From Cyanidioschyzon merolae (lineage: Eukaryota), in the NCBI GenBank assembly GCA_000091205.1, contig AP006494.2: a stretch of 64,000 bases of DNA. One strand, written 5' to 3'. The position numbers and the translations under genes were made by a program. How positions within the stretch are numbered: position 1 is the first letter of the stretch; the number at the start of each line of letters is the position of its first letter. The notes beneath the pieces are model-generated. The model was not told the origin of the DNA, searched no databases, and was given only the letters and a program-made list of their open reading frames with translations. This document shows positions 12,926 to 23,700 of the stretch, piece by piece.

Positions 12926-13714
12926 ATGAACAGTGCGACGAGGACAAAATTCATCCTCCCGGTCAGTCGTACCACAGTATTCAAGTGGTTGAGGAACTTT
13001 GAAAGAGCGACGCATATACGGACCGCACCAAAAACCGATAGTTTTAAAGATTGCTTGTGGTCAATGGTGGCGAACCACCCGTTGATCACGTTAAGGAAAG
13101 CAAAAGCGACGATCGTAGCCACCACGCACATCTCTGATCCTAACAGCTTGTTCGTATGGTCCTGAATACAATGGGACGCAGCTGCAAAAAATGTTCTAGT
13201 TCACATACGGCCATCTTCCACCGAAATCGCAACGGCAGCGTTCATGGATCGTCGCGATCAGTATGAAGCACAGTAACGTCGGTTGTTTCTTTCATCCGAT
13301 GAGACTTTCTTCGAACGAAACCGTCGGAGTGTGTATGGGCATTCGCGGAACACGGAGACCGTTGTATGTAGAATCGAACTCGAAAAGCAAGATGACATCA
13401 CCATCTATTCTTGATGTGGTGGATTCATTTGGCGGCCTCAGTTTTGCTCCCAGTGAGGGCTCGTGCAAAGGCACCAACCACTTTGTCGAATCATTGAATA
13501 CTTTTCGCTGAGGTCTGGCGACGACCTTCTATTCGACAACGTGGATTTTCTCCAATTTCCTCGAATTCGATTTTTGCCGATGGTATCGGAGGTAGAACTG
13601 CTTTTGATTCCTCCGTACGCTCCGTGGTTGAACGCCATCGAAGGTGCGTTTTGTATCGTGAAACATTATGATAGCTTCACTAGGCGAATCGCGGAAGCGT
13701 TCAGCGCACGGTGA
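12926..13714 (+). mobile_element. Tc1/mariner-IS630-like (DDE_3-type) transposase pseudogene. It has an HTH region and a degenerate DDE domain and is frameshifted.
   Basis: An HTH-like segment reads ILPVSRTTVFKWLRNFERA. The degenerate first half of DDE_3 reads ...GIRGTRRPLYVES...KMTSPSILDVVDSFGGL...EGSCKGTNHFVESL. The catalytic second half reads LLFDNVDFLQ...LLLIPPYAPWLNAIEGAF, matching the DNAxxH...PPYSPdLNPIE signature. At least two frame changes are present. Confidence 0.5.
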
Positions 13715-13789
13715 CACGGGGGAACGTATCGTCGCTCGTGAGCAAGTGCTTATGCTTGCGGGAGGCTGCTCATCTTAGAGCCTAAGGAA

Positions 13790-14165
13790 AACCCCTCAGA
13801 AATATATTATGGGATGAGCTGGGGTCTACATGTCAGAAGGTTGAAATGGAGAGAAGCCAGCGGGAGCGCTCTAGTGACCGGAAAAGACGTTGAGCTGACA
13901 CAGCACCAAATGGTACTGAGGGCACGAGGCCGCAGCATCCTTGAAATGATTAGTTCAGTCAGAGACAACGCACGCCAGGAGTTCGTGAACCGAGACTTCA
14001 ACGCCGCCATCAATATCAGACGATGTGTGGTGTTGGAGACGGGACTCGAGGAGCTGAGAAGATCCAAATTTGTGGGGCAGCCTCTTAAGTTCGAAATCTA
14101 CAGGGAGAAAATGAACCCGATCGGAGTCGGCCGGTCGAAAACGGCTGGAAGGCGTCTCTGCATCG
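13790..14165 (+). mobile_element. Fanzor/TnpB-like element, copy 2 (3' fragment: RuvC-III region and 3' terminus).
   Basis: The sequence ...RQEFVNRDFNAAINIRRCVVLETG...FVGQPLKFEIYREKMNPIGVGRSKTAGRRL carries the RuvC-III motif. It aligns at nucleotide level to copies 1, 3 and 4 and ends in the shared 3' motif cggccggtcgaaaacggctggaaggcgtct. Confidence 0.55.
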
Positions 14166-15345
14166 ATTCATTTATGCACGCTATGGTCGCGGGACGTGTT
14201 CTTTCCACTGAACACATAAGCATTTGCGATCTTTCCGTAGCAACGGAAAACCATCCGAGAAAATGTTTATATATCGCATCGTTTAGTAACGATCAAGCCC
14301 GACGCTCACTCCGGACGGCTGTAGAACGCATGCCGTCCTCTGTTTCTACTGTTCTCAGCGGTGCTGTTCAGCAACGATGCAGCTGCATGGGCGACTCGTG
14401 CTCATCGCTCGCCCAGGGCGCGTCGGTTCCCAATGGATTCGCCTCAGTGAAGACCCGTCGTGAAACAATGGCACTCGGGTTAAACGCCACGAAACACACC
14501 GGGGGCTTAAGAGATGGAACTTGGCCATACGTGCATCCATCGGATTGCTGCACTTCCCAAGCGTATGGTGCATGGAAGCCTCCTGTGTCACATGGTGATC
14601 GCTTTCCTGGTTACCGACCGCGCTCGCGCACTGAGAGGCATCTGATTAGATCTACTGATTCCACAACATCAAGAGATTAGCAGGGTGCATTCAGGATCTT
14701 GCGACGGGGCGCTGTCCGGCGTCTGCCTTGCGACAAGCAGACCCGTACCTCGTGTCGCATGTCGCTGCGGACAGAACATGCCTTCGTCTCAAGGCAGGAT
14801 CGATGCGGTTCCCAGAGCCGCTCCATCGCCCACGCAATCCGCACGAGCGTGTGATTCGAGTCGACGAGTCGCTGCGGCTCATCGGGTCTTTCCTCGACGT
14901 CCAAATAAAAAATTGGCTTTAGTCTGGTGCGAATAAGGCACGTCTCGAGATGTACGCAGCTGCATCCGCAGGCCCGAGAATCACGATCGCGCATCCAAGC
15001 GATGTTGTATAGATACAGCGACTTTTTGTGCCATAATATCCATAAATGGGTCATTCCAGTCATGATGGATCAGCGCTCCTTGCGCGCTCGAGCGGACCTC
15101 GGCGCCTGACACGTTCGGGGCGGTAGGCGTTGCGCGCGACCCAGGCGACTCTGTTCATGCTGAAATAGATGTATATTTATAATCTAATATGTATATAAAG
15201 GACACATGATGCAGTGCACAAACCGGGCGCCGGCATCGCACCGTACCGTAACTGTGGATGCTAAGCTTACGCTATTACGGGGCGTCCAAGTCGGTACTTG
15301 GAACCTGCACGTTGGCGTCCTACGACTGGTCACAGGAACCCGCAA

Positions 15346-18300
15346 ATGGGCCAGCAGCAAAGTCGTACGCTGCGGAACCCGTCAGGGCACCTTCAGGATG
15401 CCAGTAGAGACGAGGAAACGGGAGCCGTTACCGACAGTCCCAAGACTAATTGTTGTCCGCGTTTGAGCCAAACGCTGGATTCCGGTGAGGCTCAAGGAGC
15501 CGAGACCTTGCGCGACGCTGCAGGACCGAGCGAAGGCTCTGGTGGAGCGACGGTGGGGAGAAGTCACCACACCACCCCGTTGCTCCGGGCTACGAGTGCT
15601 GCTGCTGCGTTGGCGACGGGGAACCCTCGCGGGGGCGCAAGCGAGCCCGGAGGCCCTGGTGAGGGTGTCCAGGGAACCATAGGGTCACCAGGGCTCACAT
15701 ATAGCCGTTTTCATTTGATGCAGATCGCAGCAGGTCGACCACTTGATGCCGTGACCATAGTGGAAACAGTCTACGGCAGAATGGTCGGGCTCGGAGCACC
15801 AGCGCCGCCCGAGCTTTCGGAAGCAAGGACTGCGTCCAGTTTAACTGTAGGTGAAGCGAACATGAACCTTTCCACTTTGCAGCCGACTTCGTATCCAAAC
15901 ACGTTCAACGCTGCGCTGCCGGCTGTGGAGCCTCCCGTACTCGTGCTCGATGAGTCGTCAGAGCCGGTCGCTGGCTTCCAGCCCTTGCACGGGAGGGTTG
16001 TTTCCAACTCGGCCACCACTGTTCATGAGTCTGTACCAGTTCAGTACGCTGAGTCAGATGCCAAGGCTGGAATAGCGCAGAGCGCGGGGGTTCAGATTGC
16101 CCGGCTACGTGCTCACGCCCGCCAGGAAGCAGCAGACGACTCGAGATCGAGCGCTTCACCAGAGTCGTCGGAAGAGGCGGGGGCACTCTCGGTTTCGCTT
16201 CCTAGCTCGCCTCAACTATCACGCATTAGTAGCTGGCGCAAATCGCAGCCGCGAGATCACCGCTTCATGAAAGACGGAGTGCGCTACTCCAGATCAATGA
16301 GGCACCAGTCATCGAGTCTGAGTCTTCGATCCCTCGGAAGGGCGGATACGATGGATGATGAAGCAGCACGGGAGCCGTCGCTTCTAGAAACCGGAACACC
16401 TAGCCAGTCACAGACTTGCTTTCAGGTCAGATCCGAGGAGGAAAGTTTCGCCGGTCCTCGGACCGTATCCGAGAAAGGTATGCGTGCGGCTCTTTCCAAT
16501 AACGCAACTGGGATGGCAACTATTTTGGAAGCGAAGACGAGCATGGATCCCAGTATCCAAGCAGAGCAAAGCGCCGCGATTTCAGCGCAGCTAGAATCTG
16601 CGCCTCCCAAAACGAGCCTAGGGTCACCGCCGCGTTCAGCGCCTTGGCGTCCAGCGGACACTGCAACGGAATCAAAAGAGCTTCGTGTTGGTGCGTCTGG
16701 TGATGGATATGCCCCCGAGGTTCACACTGCGCAAGATCACGCGCTGTTCGGGAATTATGCCGCATACGCACCTGATGCGACCTTCAGCTTCGCCACGGCA
16801 ATTCCGGTATCGGTGGCGACCTTGTATTTTGCAGACCCCGACAAGAGAGGAATTTTCTATGAAAAGAGCCTGGCATCGATTCTCCACAAGTGGCAGCGGT
16901 TCCGCGAAGAGTGCCGACGAGATTTAACGCTTCGCAGCCGAACGCGTCTACGAGCATTGAAAGCGGCCGCTCTGTTCTCAACTTCCGTCGTGAAAAGCCG
17001 TGGCATCCTCACGCTGAAGAGTGTTCGACGTTGCGTGGAACATGTCGACGTGCGCCGCATTTATCTGGGGCAAACGAACAACAGAGCACAGATCGGGCCA
17101 GAGGCGGCCACATCGCTCGATTTTGACACATGGAACGACACCGAGGGGGATCCGGACGCAGATTCTGCAAGCAGCGACAATCAGGCGAACGCCGAAGATG
17201 AAACAGCGGAGGATGATGATGAGGAGAATCCACCGCAGCAGCAACAGCAACAGCAGCAGCAGTCCAGCGAAAACGCTGCAGCGTATGCTGCTGGGCGTGT
17301 TATGCAGGATCTGCCAGGCTCAATGCAGCACGCCAGCGCATCGAGCAGCGCGGTACCTGCCGCGGATCGTGTGGGCGCCTGCGATAGTCATCAGGATGAC
17401 CAGGATACGAGAATGAGTGATGATGAAAGTGACGAGGACGAAGACTTTGACGAGAGCGATGATGAACGTAGCTCCTTCGAGGATTCGGACTCGACCTCGA
17501 ACGACTCGAGCGTTGTGCTACGGCGGACGCCCGCGAATCACGCCTCTCATGGTGTAGCAGCTCGTGATCAGCGCTCTGCGCCAGCTTCTGAGGCACCCAT
17601 CGCCCAAGCAGCGGACTCAGCGTCCGCCCCGAACAACCTGCTCGCCGAACGGACACCGCAAGCGAGCAGCAGCGAAGCGTACCGACAGATGCAGACGAGC
17701 GCGAGCGCCCAAACGAGCACCACGTCTGCCACGACGACAGCGTCGTCGACCACTGCTAGAGCGCAACGGTCCTCTGCAACCGGACGCTCGCGGGAATTAG
17801 CCCAAAGCGATTGGATACAGGCTCAAGTCAAAGAGGTCGAGCGACTCGAGCGCCGCGCAAACCGCTGGCAACTCTACACCATCCACAAGCTGCTGCCCTG
17901 GGGCGAAGATCGAATCTGTGACAAATTTGATCAATTCGATCTAGGGGCCATCCGCCGCACGCGCTCGTGGCCAACGATGGACCCGCACGACGCCTCCGCA
18001 CACGTGGATCATACGGCGTTGATGGCGGGAACCTTCATTGAACGTCAAACAGCAGCTGGATTTGAGCATTTCGACCTGACCGAGGCGGCGATCAGTCTCG
18101 AAGCAGCTGCGCGCATGCTTCGCCACGACATTGTGAAACTCGCAGAGATCATGGAGGACAACGACGAAGAGCGCAAGAACTTTAGCGTATGGCTCTTGCG
18201 CTTGGCGACTGGTGGTCGGATTCGGAATGAGCTCCAGACGCCTGAGACGCTTCAGGGGCTGCGATGTGCGAATCCCTCGGTATCGAGTGCGGAGCAGTGT

Positions 18301-20496
18301 ACGCTTCACACGCACACACAGAATGGGCGTGCGCCTACCTCGACGCCTATGGCTAGCGCTAGCCTTGTGGGTGCGAGCACGCGGCAGCTTATGCCCGCTG
18401 CCGTGCCCCCAGGTGCATGTCTCGACGAGCGTAGCACGATGCGTTCCGCAGAAGATGAAATCCAGAGCGGCAACATCGTGGACATGCACGGCATAGCGGC
18501 GGTTTTGCGAATGCTCTGGGAGGACTGCATCGACGTCTTCGAGGCAGATTTCGCGAACCGGCGCCACGATGATCTCGCTTTCCCGAACGATGAAACTACG
18601 GAAGCGTTTCGACGCCTCTTGGATAACATTGTGGACTCGTTCTCGCCGGCAGCGAGCCTGTCGGTATCGCATCGGGATAGTCGCCACTTTTTGACGACGG
18701 AGGAATTCATGAGCCTCGCTGATCTCCTAACCCGTATGTATGTTCGCCAAAAGAATCGAATGGAATGCGTTGGACGCTACGAGATTGGTCGGCTACTAGG
18801 ACGAGGCTCCGAGGGGCGCGTTCACGTCGCTCGTGATATCTACACCGGGCGCCGGTACGCCATCAAAATGATCCGTCGAGGCAAGTTTGTGGAGTTTGCG
18901 CGTATCGATCGTGAGGTGCAAGCAATGCAGGTCGTTGCCCGCCATCCCAACGTGATCCATCTGCACGAGGTACTCGAATCCCGCCGCAACGTCTACCTCG
19001 TCATGGAGCTGTGCGGAGGTGGCAGCGTGTACGAGTTCGCTTACGCCCGCCTGTGTCGTACGTCGGAGCAGCTGGATCGCAACAAACCAGAACCGCTACT
19101 AGATGAGGCGGAAGTGCGCTTCCTCGTGCGTCGACTTGTTGAAACGGTGGCATTCTGTCATGCACATGGGGTCAGTCATCGGGATCTGCGGTTGAACAAC
19201 CTCATGCTCCTGGATAGTGGTGAATTGAAAATTGCTGATTTCGGACAAGTTGGACTGTTCAGTGCCGGTTGGGATATGTTCGAGACGAACCTAGTTGGCT
19301 CGCTTTATAACCTCGCCCCAGAACTGGTACAAGGACAAGTCTATCAGAGCACCAAGGTCGACGTCTGGTCCTGTGGTGTGATCCTCTACTGGTTACTCGA
19401 GGGTCATCCGCCGTTCCCCGAGGAGGATCTCAACCGACTCATTCCGGCGATTGTGCAGTGTCGATATGCGCCGATGCGCCTGGCGTCGCCCTTGGCCCAG
19501 GACCTTATTCGCAGGATTCTGGTACCGCCAGCTGAGCGTCCTGAAGCGGCAGCGCTGCTCGCGCATCCCTTTTTCACTGGTGTCGAAGCCGACTCGCCGG
19601 CCGCTGCGGACACAACGCCCAAGCCAACGACAGCGTCTGCTGCTGCTGCTGGGGGAATGTCTGCCGCGGCTCCAGACGGTACTGTCGCCGGTACAAGTAC
19701 TGCAAATGCGGCGAATGCGCTAGGCTATTCCAGAGTCCGTGGGAGCGATCCAGCATGGGAGCGGCCTCTCCAGATGGATGTCCGCGATTTCGCCCTCTGT
19801 GACGCCTCCATTCTCCAAAGCATCGAAGCGGACGGGGGTTCGCTGGCCCTACAGACCATGTCCAGTGTGCTGAGCGATGGCGACATCCATTTTCATCCGG
19901 GTCTCTGTGTAGAACTGCATCGCCGGTATCGGTGGACGCTGCGCTGTTACTGGCCCGAACATGACATCAAGTTCAGTGTTGCACTGGTAGCGGGGCCACC
20001 ACGTGACGATGATGGCTACCTCTGTTGCTGTGGCGGCGAGTTCCAGTATCATCGACGTGCGTTTGCGAGTCGCGCACAACGACCACCGCTGGTTTATACG
20101 CTCTCTTTTCGCCGGCGCGGTGGCGGTAGCCTCCTCTTTATGCGTGCAGTTTGCAAAATCGCGGATCGTTTCTATCAGCGATACCGACGTTTGCTGCAGA
20201 CACCAAACCGCTGGAAGCTTGACACCTCGGACCAGAAAACGCTACCAGTTGGCGTGGAGGTATCGCCGGAGACCAACGAGGCACCTGCTGGTGCTGCAGT
20301 CGGTATTGCCGGTGGACGGGGCTCGCTCGAGTCCCGCTTGAATCCGTCGCGCTTCTCGCGTCCAGTTCGACGACTTTTGTATCGTTTGCATCTGTCGAGT
20401 GCCGCGAGTCGACGTGGTACCCCGAGTCAAGCGCAGTCGCCGACGACGAATAGTGGAGCGCAGCGTATTCCCTCAGAAAACGACGATGCTGTCTAA
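15346..20496 (+). CDS. Very large Ser/Thr protein kinase (about 1716 aa). It has a CAMK-like kinase domain at about 18775-19580, a long low-complexity N-terminal region and a C-terminal tail.
   Basis: The kinase domain reads GRGSEGRVHVARD...AIKMI...HRDLRLNNLML...KIADFGQV...APE...DVWSCGVILY. The ORF caller's start at 15298 is TTG; the first ATG is at 15346 (MGQQQS). The whole 5.2-kb frame is open. Confidence 0.8.
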   Translation: MGQQQSRTLRNPSGHLQDASRDEETGAVTDSPKTNCCPRLSQTLDSGEAQGAETLRDAAGPSEGSGGATVGRSHHTTPLLRATSAAAALATGNPRGGASEPGGPGEGVQGTIGSPGLTYSRFHLMQIAAGRPLDAVTIVETVYGRMVGLGAPAPPELSEARTASSLTVGEANMNLSTLQPTSYPNTFNAALPAVEPPVLVLDESSEPVAGFQPLHGRVVSNSATTVHESVPVQYAESDAKAGIAQSAGVQIARLRAHARQEAADDSRSSASPESSEEAGALSVSLPSSPQLSRISSWRKSQPRDHRFMKDGVRYSRSMRHQSSSLSLRSLGRADTMDDEAAREPSLLETGTPSQSQTCFQVRSEEESFAGPRTVSEKGMRAALSNNATGMATILEAKTSMDPSIQAEQSAAISAQLESAPPKTSLGSPPRSAPWRPADTATESKELRVGASGDGYAPEVHTAQDHALFGNYAAYAPDATFSFATAIPVSVATLYFADPDKRGIFYEKSLASILHKWQRFREECRRDLTLRSRTRLRALKAAALFSTSVVKSRGILTLKSVRRCVEHVDVRRIYLGQTNNRAQIGPEAATSLDFDTWNDTEGDPDADSASSDNQANAEDETAEDDDEENPPQQQQQQQQQSSENAAAYAAGRVMQDLPGSMQHASASSSAVPAADRVGACDSHQDDQDTRMSDDESDEDEDFDESDDERSSFEDSDSTSNDSSVVLRRTPANHASHGVAARDQRSAPASEAPIAQAADSASAPNNLLAERTPQASSSEAYRQMQTSASAQTSTTSATTTASSTTARAQRSSATGRSRELAQSDWIQAQVKEVERLERRANRWQLYTIHKLLPWGEDRICDKFDQFDLGAIRRTRSWPTMDPHDASAHVDHTALMAGTFIERQTAAGFEHFDLTEAAISLEAAARMLRHDIVKLAEIMEDNDEERKNFSVWLLRLATGGRIRNELQTPETLQGLRCANPSVSSAEQCTLHTHTQNGRAPTSTPMASASLVGASTRQLMPAAVPPGACLDERSTMRSAEDEIQSGNIVDMHGIAAVLRMLWEDCIDVFEADFANRRHDDLAFPNDETTEAFRRLLDNIVDSFSPAASLSVSHRDSRHFLTTEEFMSLADLLTRMYVRQKNRMECVGRYEIGRLLGRGSEGRVHVARDIYTGRRYAIKMIRRGKFVEFARIDREVQAMQVVARHPNVIHLHEVLESRRNVYLVMELCGGGSVYEFAYARLCRTSEQLDRNKPEPLLDEAEVRFLVRRLVETVAFCHAHGVSHRDLRLNNLMLLDSGELKIADFGQVGLFSAGWDMFETNLVGSLYNLAPELVQGQVYQSTKVDVWSCGVILYWLLEGHPPFPEEDLNRLIPAIVQCRYAPMRLASPLAQDLIRRILVPPAERPEAAALLAHPFFTGVEADSPAAADTTPKPTTASAAAAGGMSAAAPDGTVAGTSTANAANALGYSRVRGSDPAWERPLQMDVRDFALCDASILQSIEADGGSLALQTMSSVLSDGDIHFHPGLCVELHRRYRWTLRCYWPEHDIKFSVALVAGPPRDDDGYLCCCGGEFQYHRRAFASRAQRPPLVYTLSFRRRGGGSLLFMRAVCKIADRFYQRYRRLLQTPNRWKLDTSDQKTLPVGVEVSPETNEAPAGAAVGIAGGRGSLESRLNPSRFSRPVRRLLYRLHLSSAASRRGTPSQAQSPTTNSGAQRIPSENDDAV

Positions 20497-20718
20497 AAGG
20501 CAGGCGAGAGGAAACGAAATTATGTCGTGGCGATGCGTTTTCATTGGTATGGAGCGTGGTACTGCAAGTACCTTTACCTGGATCGAGGGCGCGCAAACCA
20601 CGCACGCCATGAACGGAGCAGGCATCCGCGATACCCTGTACAAACAGTGGGAAACCTCAGCACATCCTTGATCGTTTGTGTGAGTGCGTGTGATTCATTC
20701 GTTCGTTCGTTCGTTCAT

Positions 20719-23700
20719 TCATTCATAACTGGCCTGGAGAAGCGATGTGCGTTCGCCGCCTGCAACTGGTTGCATATCTGGTGCGGTACCCGATTCCGTA
20801 TCCCCGGTAGGTGCGAGTATCGCAACTTGCTCGTTCGTGGCGTCGATGGGCAACGACGCTGGTCCAGTGACGAAAGCTAAAGCCTCCGCCACGGAGACGG
20901 GCTCAACACACGATACACGTCCACGAATCGTAACGCCGTAGCAGCGATCCGCAACACGAACGAGTTCCGGGCGAAATGTGGTGAGAATCAACTGTGGACG
21001 CGAGACGGATGAACGTGCTGCAGACGCTTCGGTTCCATGACCAGCATCAGGGCCTGGTTGTCGTTGCTGCAAAAGCGCTGCGATGCGTTCGCGCGAGGCA
21101 GCGTCGAGACTGGCGTCTATTTCATCGAAGAGATAAAAAGGGGCAGGGTCCAGACGTTGAATGGCCAGGATCAAAGCCAGGGCTACCAGGGTTTTCTGGC
21201 CACCGCTCAGCGCCGCCATCAAGCTGAAGTGATCCTCCGATGGAAAGCGCACACGAATAGCGACCCCGGCAAAGTCCACGTTCGTGTCGGTGGTATCGGA
21301 CGCAGTCGGATGCGGACCTCGTTGCATGACGAGCTGGGCCGTACCACCGGGGACCAGCTCAGCGAATACAGCAGAGAAGAGTCTGGCGATTCCTTTGAAA
21401 GTGCGTTGCAAGTCGTTGGCTCGTCGATGGTCCAGGGTATGGATGAGCGTTCGGATCGAGTCGTCGCCACGATCGAGTTCCTCAAGGCGGGTGCGCAGCT
21501 CCTCGCGTTGGTTCGCAAACACCAGATATTGTTCGAGCGCTTTCTGGTTAACCTGGCCCAACTGGCTGAGGCGGGTATTTGTCGCCTCCAGACGTTGCAT
21601 GAGCGTTGTCAGCGGCACATGGGCGAGCTCGTGATGTTGGGCGGGAGCAGGTCCGAGTTCCCGCAGTTTGCGCTCGGTCTCCGCTTTGCGTTGCTGGAGA
21701 TGCGTATGACGTGCGACGTGGATTTGTAGGCGCTGGCTTTCGGTGGCGAGGGCCTCCTTGGCTACGGGAAGTTGTGCCTCCAGTGAGTCACGCTTTCGAG
21801 CGAGGGCGTCAAGTTCGGTGGCTGTGCGCTGAAGCGCCTCAGCGATGCGATCCTGCGAGACTCGCTGGGCCTGGAGCACGCTGCCAAGCGTCTCGAGCTC
21901 TCTACGCAAGCTCGTCTGACGTGTTTGTAGCTCCGCTATAGACGGAGGCGCTTCATCCGGATCGCTCTGCAACGCGACTGGCACAGAGATGCCGGACGCT
22001 GAATCGAAGAGCTCCGGTGCATCCTCGAAAGTCTCGCGAAGAAAACGTTTCTCCAGCTCCCGCAACTGACGCTCGATGCACGTTTCCAACTCGCTTTCAA
22101 TCTCGACGAGACGCTGCTCGAGGGTAGCACGTGCTGCAGCGACTGATTCTAGCTCTTTTTCGAGTGCAGCAAGCCGGGCAACGAAGGCATCTGCAGAAAT
22201 CGCTGTCTGCGGTGTAGGTGATGACGATGAGGATGAGAGTGCTGCGGTCCGTTCCGAAAACTCATCGCGCAAGCTGCTGAGCACCAGTTCATATTCGTGA
22301 ACATGTCGCTGCAGGGTTTGCATGCGCTGCCGTTCAGTCTCGAGCGCAGCCTCAATGGAGAGCTTCTCACGATCCAGTTGGGTGAGCGCACGTTGATGGT
22401 CGCGCAACTGATTGAATAGGTTGCGCTTTTCAGCTTCGGATTTCTGGAGTTCGTTCATCGTCCGCTGAATCTGCGATTCCAGTGCGGCAAGTTGTGCTCG
22501 GATTTGCTCACGCTCGGACTCAATCTGTTGAATTTGGATGCGGATCTTGTCGTAACGCAGCAGCGAGGCAAGTCGAGACTGGCGCCGATCCGTGTATCCA
22601 CCGTGCATTGCCCCGCGTTTGTTCACAAGGTCGCCCTCTAGGGTCACGCAAGGCACATTGTACCCGCGAGCCAGTTTCGATGCGATTAATATGGAGCGAG
22701 CAATGAGCGTTCCAGCCACCACGCGCTCAAATACAGGGCTGAAGCGCTCATCGCGTAGGCGCAGCCGCGAAACCAACGGAACAGCCTCTTCGGTGGGTGG
22801 CGGGCTCATAGAGTTGCGCTTCGCGGCGTCTGATGCATCGTCTCGTACCCGGTTCAGAGGAATGAAGGTTAACCGGCCTGCATTGGCTTCGCGTAGCCTT
22901 TGAATGAGATATGCCGCGGTTTCATCGGTATCTACAACGATGTAGCAGAGCGCCGACCCCATTGCAGCCTCGACGGCGACGTAAAACTTTTCATCCGTCT
23001 CGAAGAGCGTATAGAGTGGGCCGTAGATCGTACCGCTGTACTGCAGGTTGCAGATATACTGATACGCGTTGAGAAACTTGCTTCCGACCGACATGCGTTT
23101 GCGGCGCTCGCTCTCCGTGAGTTCGGATAGCAACGTAGCACGCGAGCTCTCGAGTTCTGCTTCTCGACGCCATAGTTCCTGACGTGCTCGATGCGCTTCG
23201 TTGCGCTCACGTTTTAACTCGGCTAGACGCGCATTCAACGCGTTCAACTGTTCACGATCCGAGGCAAATTGGGTTTCATTAGTTTTGCGACGCTCGGCTA
23301 TACTCGATAGCTCAAATTCAAGACGATGAATTTCTCGTTCCGTTTCCTGCAACTGGGATCGCGTTTCATGTCGCAGCTCTTCGTTCCGTGCAATCTCGTT
23401 ATGGAACCATGCGTTACATTCATCGACTGTTCTAAATTGGACGTCTCGTGTTTCTCGTGCCTGGAGCTGCACAAGCTCCTGTTGCGTCATAGCCATCGCG
23501 GTCCGCAGATGCTGTTCCTGTTCTCGAAGACGTTCATACTCTGGAAGAATGCGATCACGTTCAGCGCGGCGCTGCTGTGCTGCTTGCCGCAGTGTCTGGA
23601 TTTTTTGCTCCACTCGATCCAGCTCGATCGTCTCATTTTCTAGCTGCTGCGTTACGAGCGCCAATTCAGTTTCCAGCGCACTGCGCTGCTCTGCCGCTTT

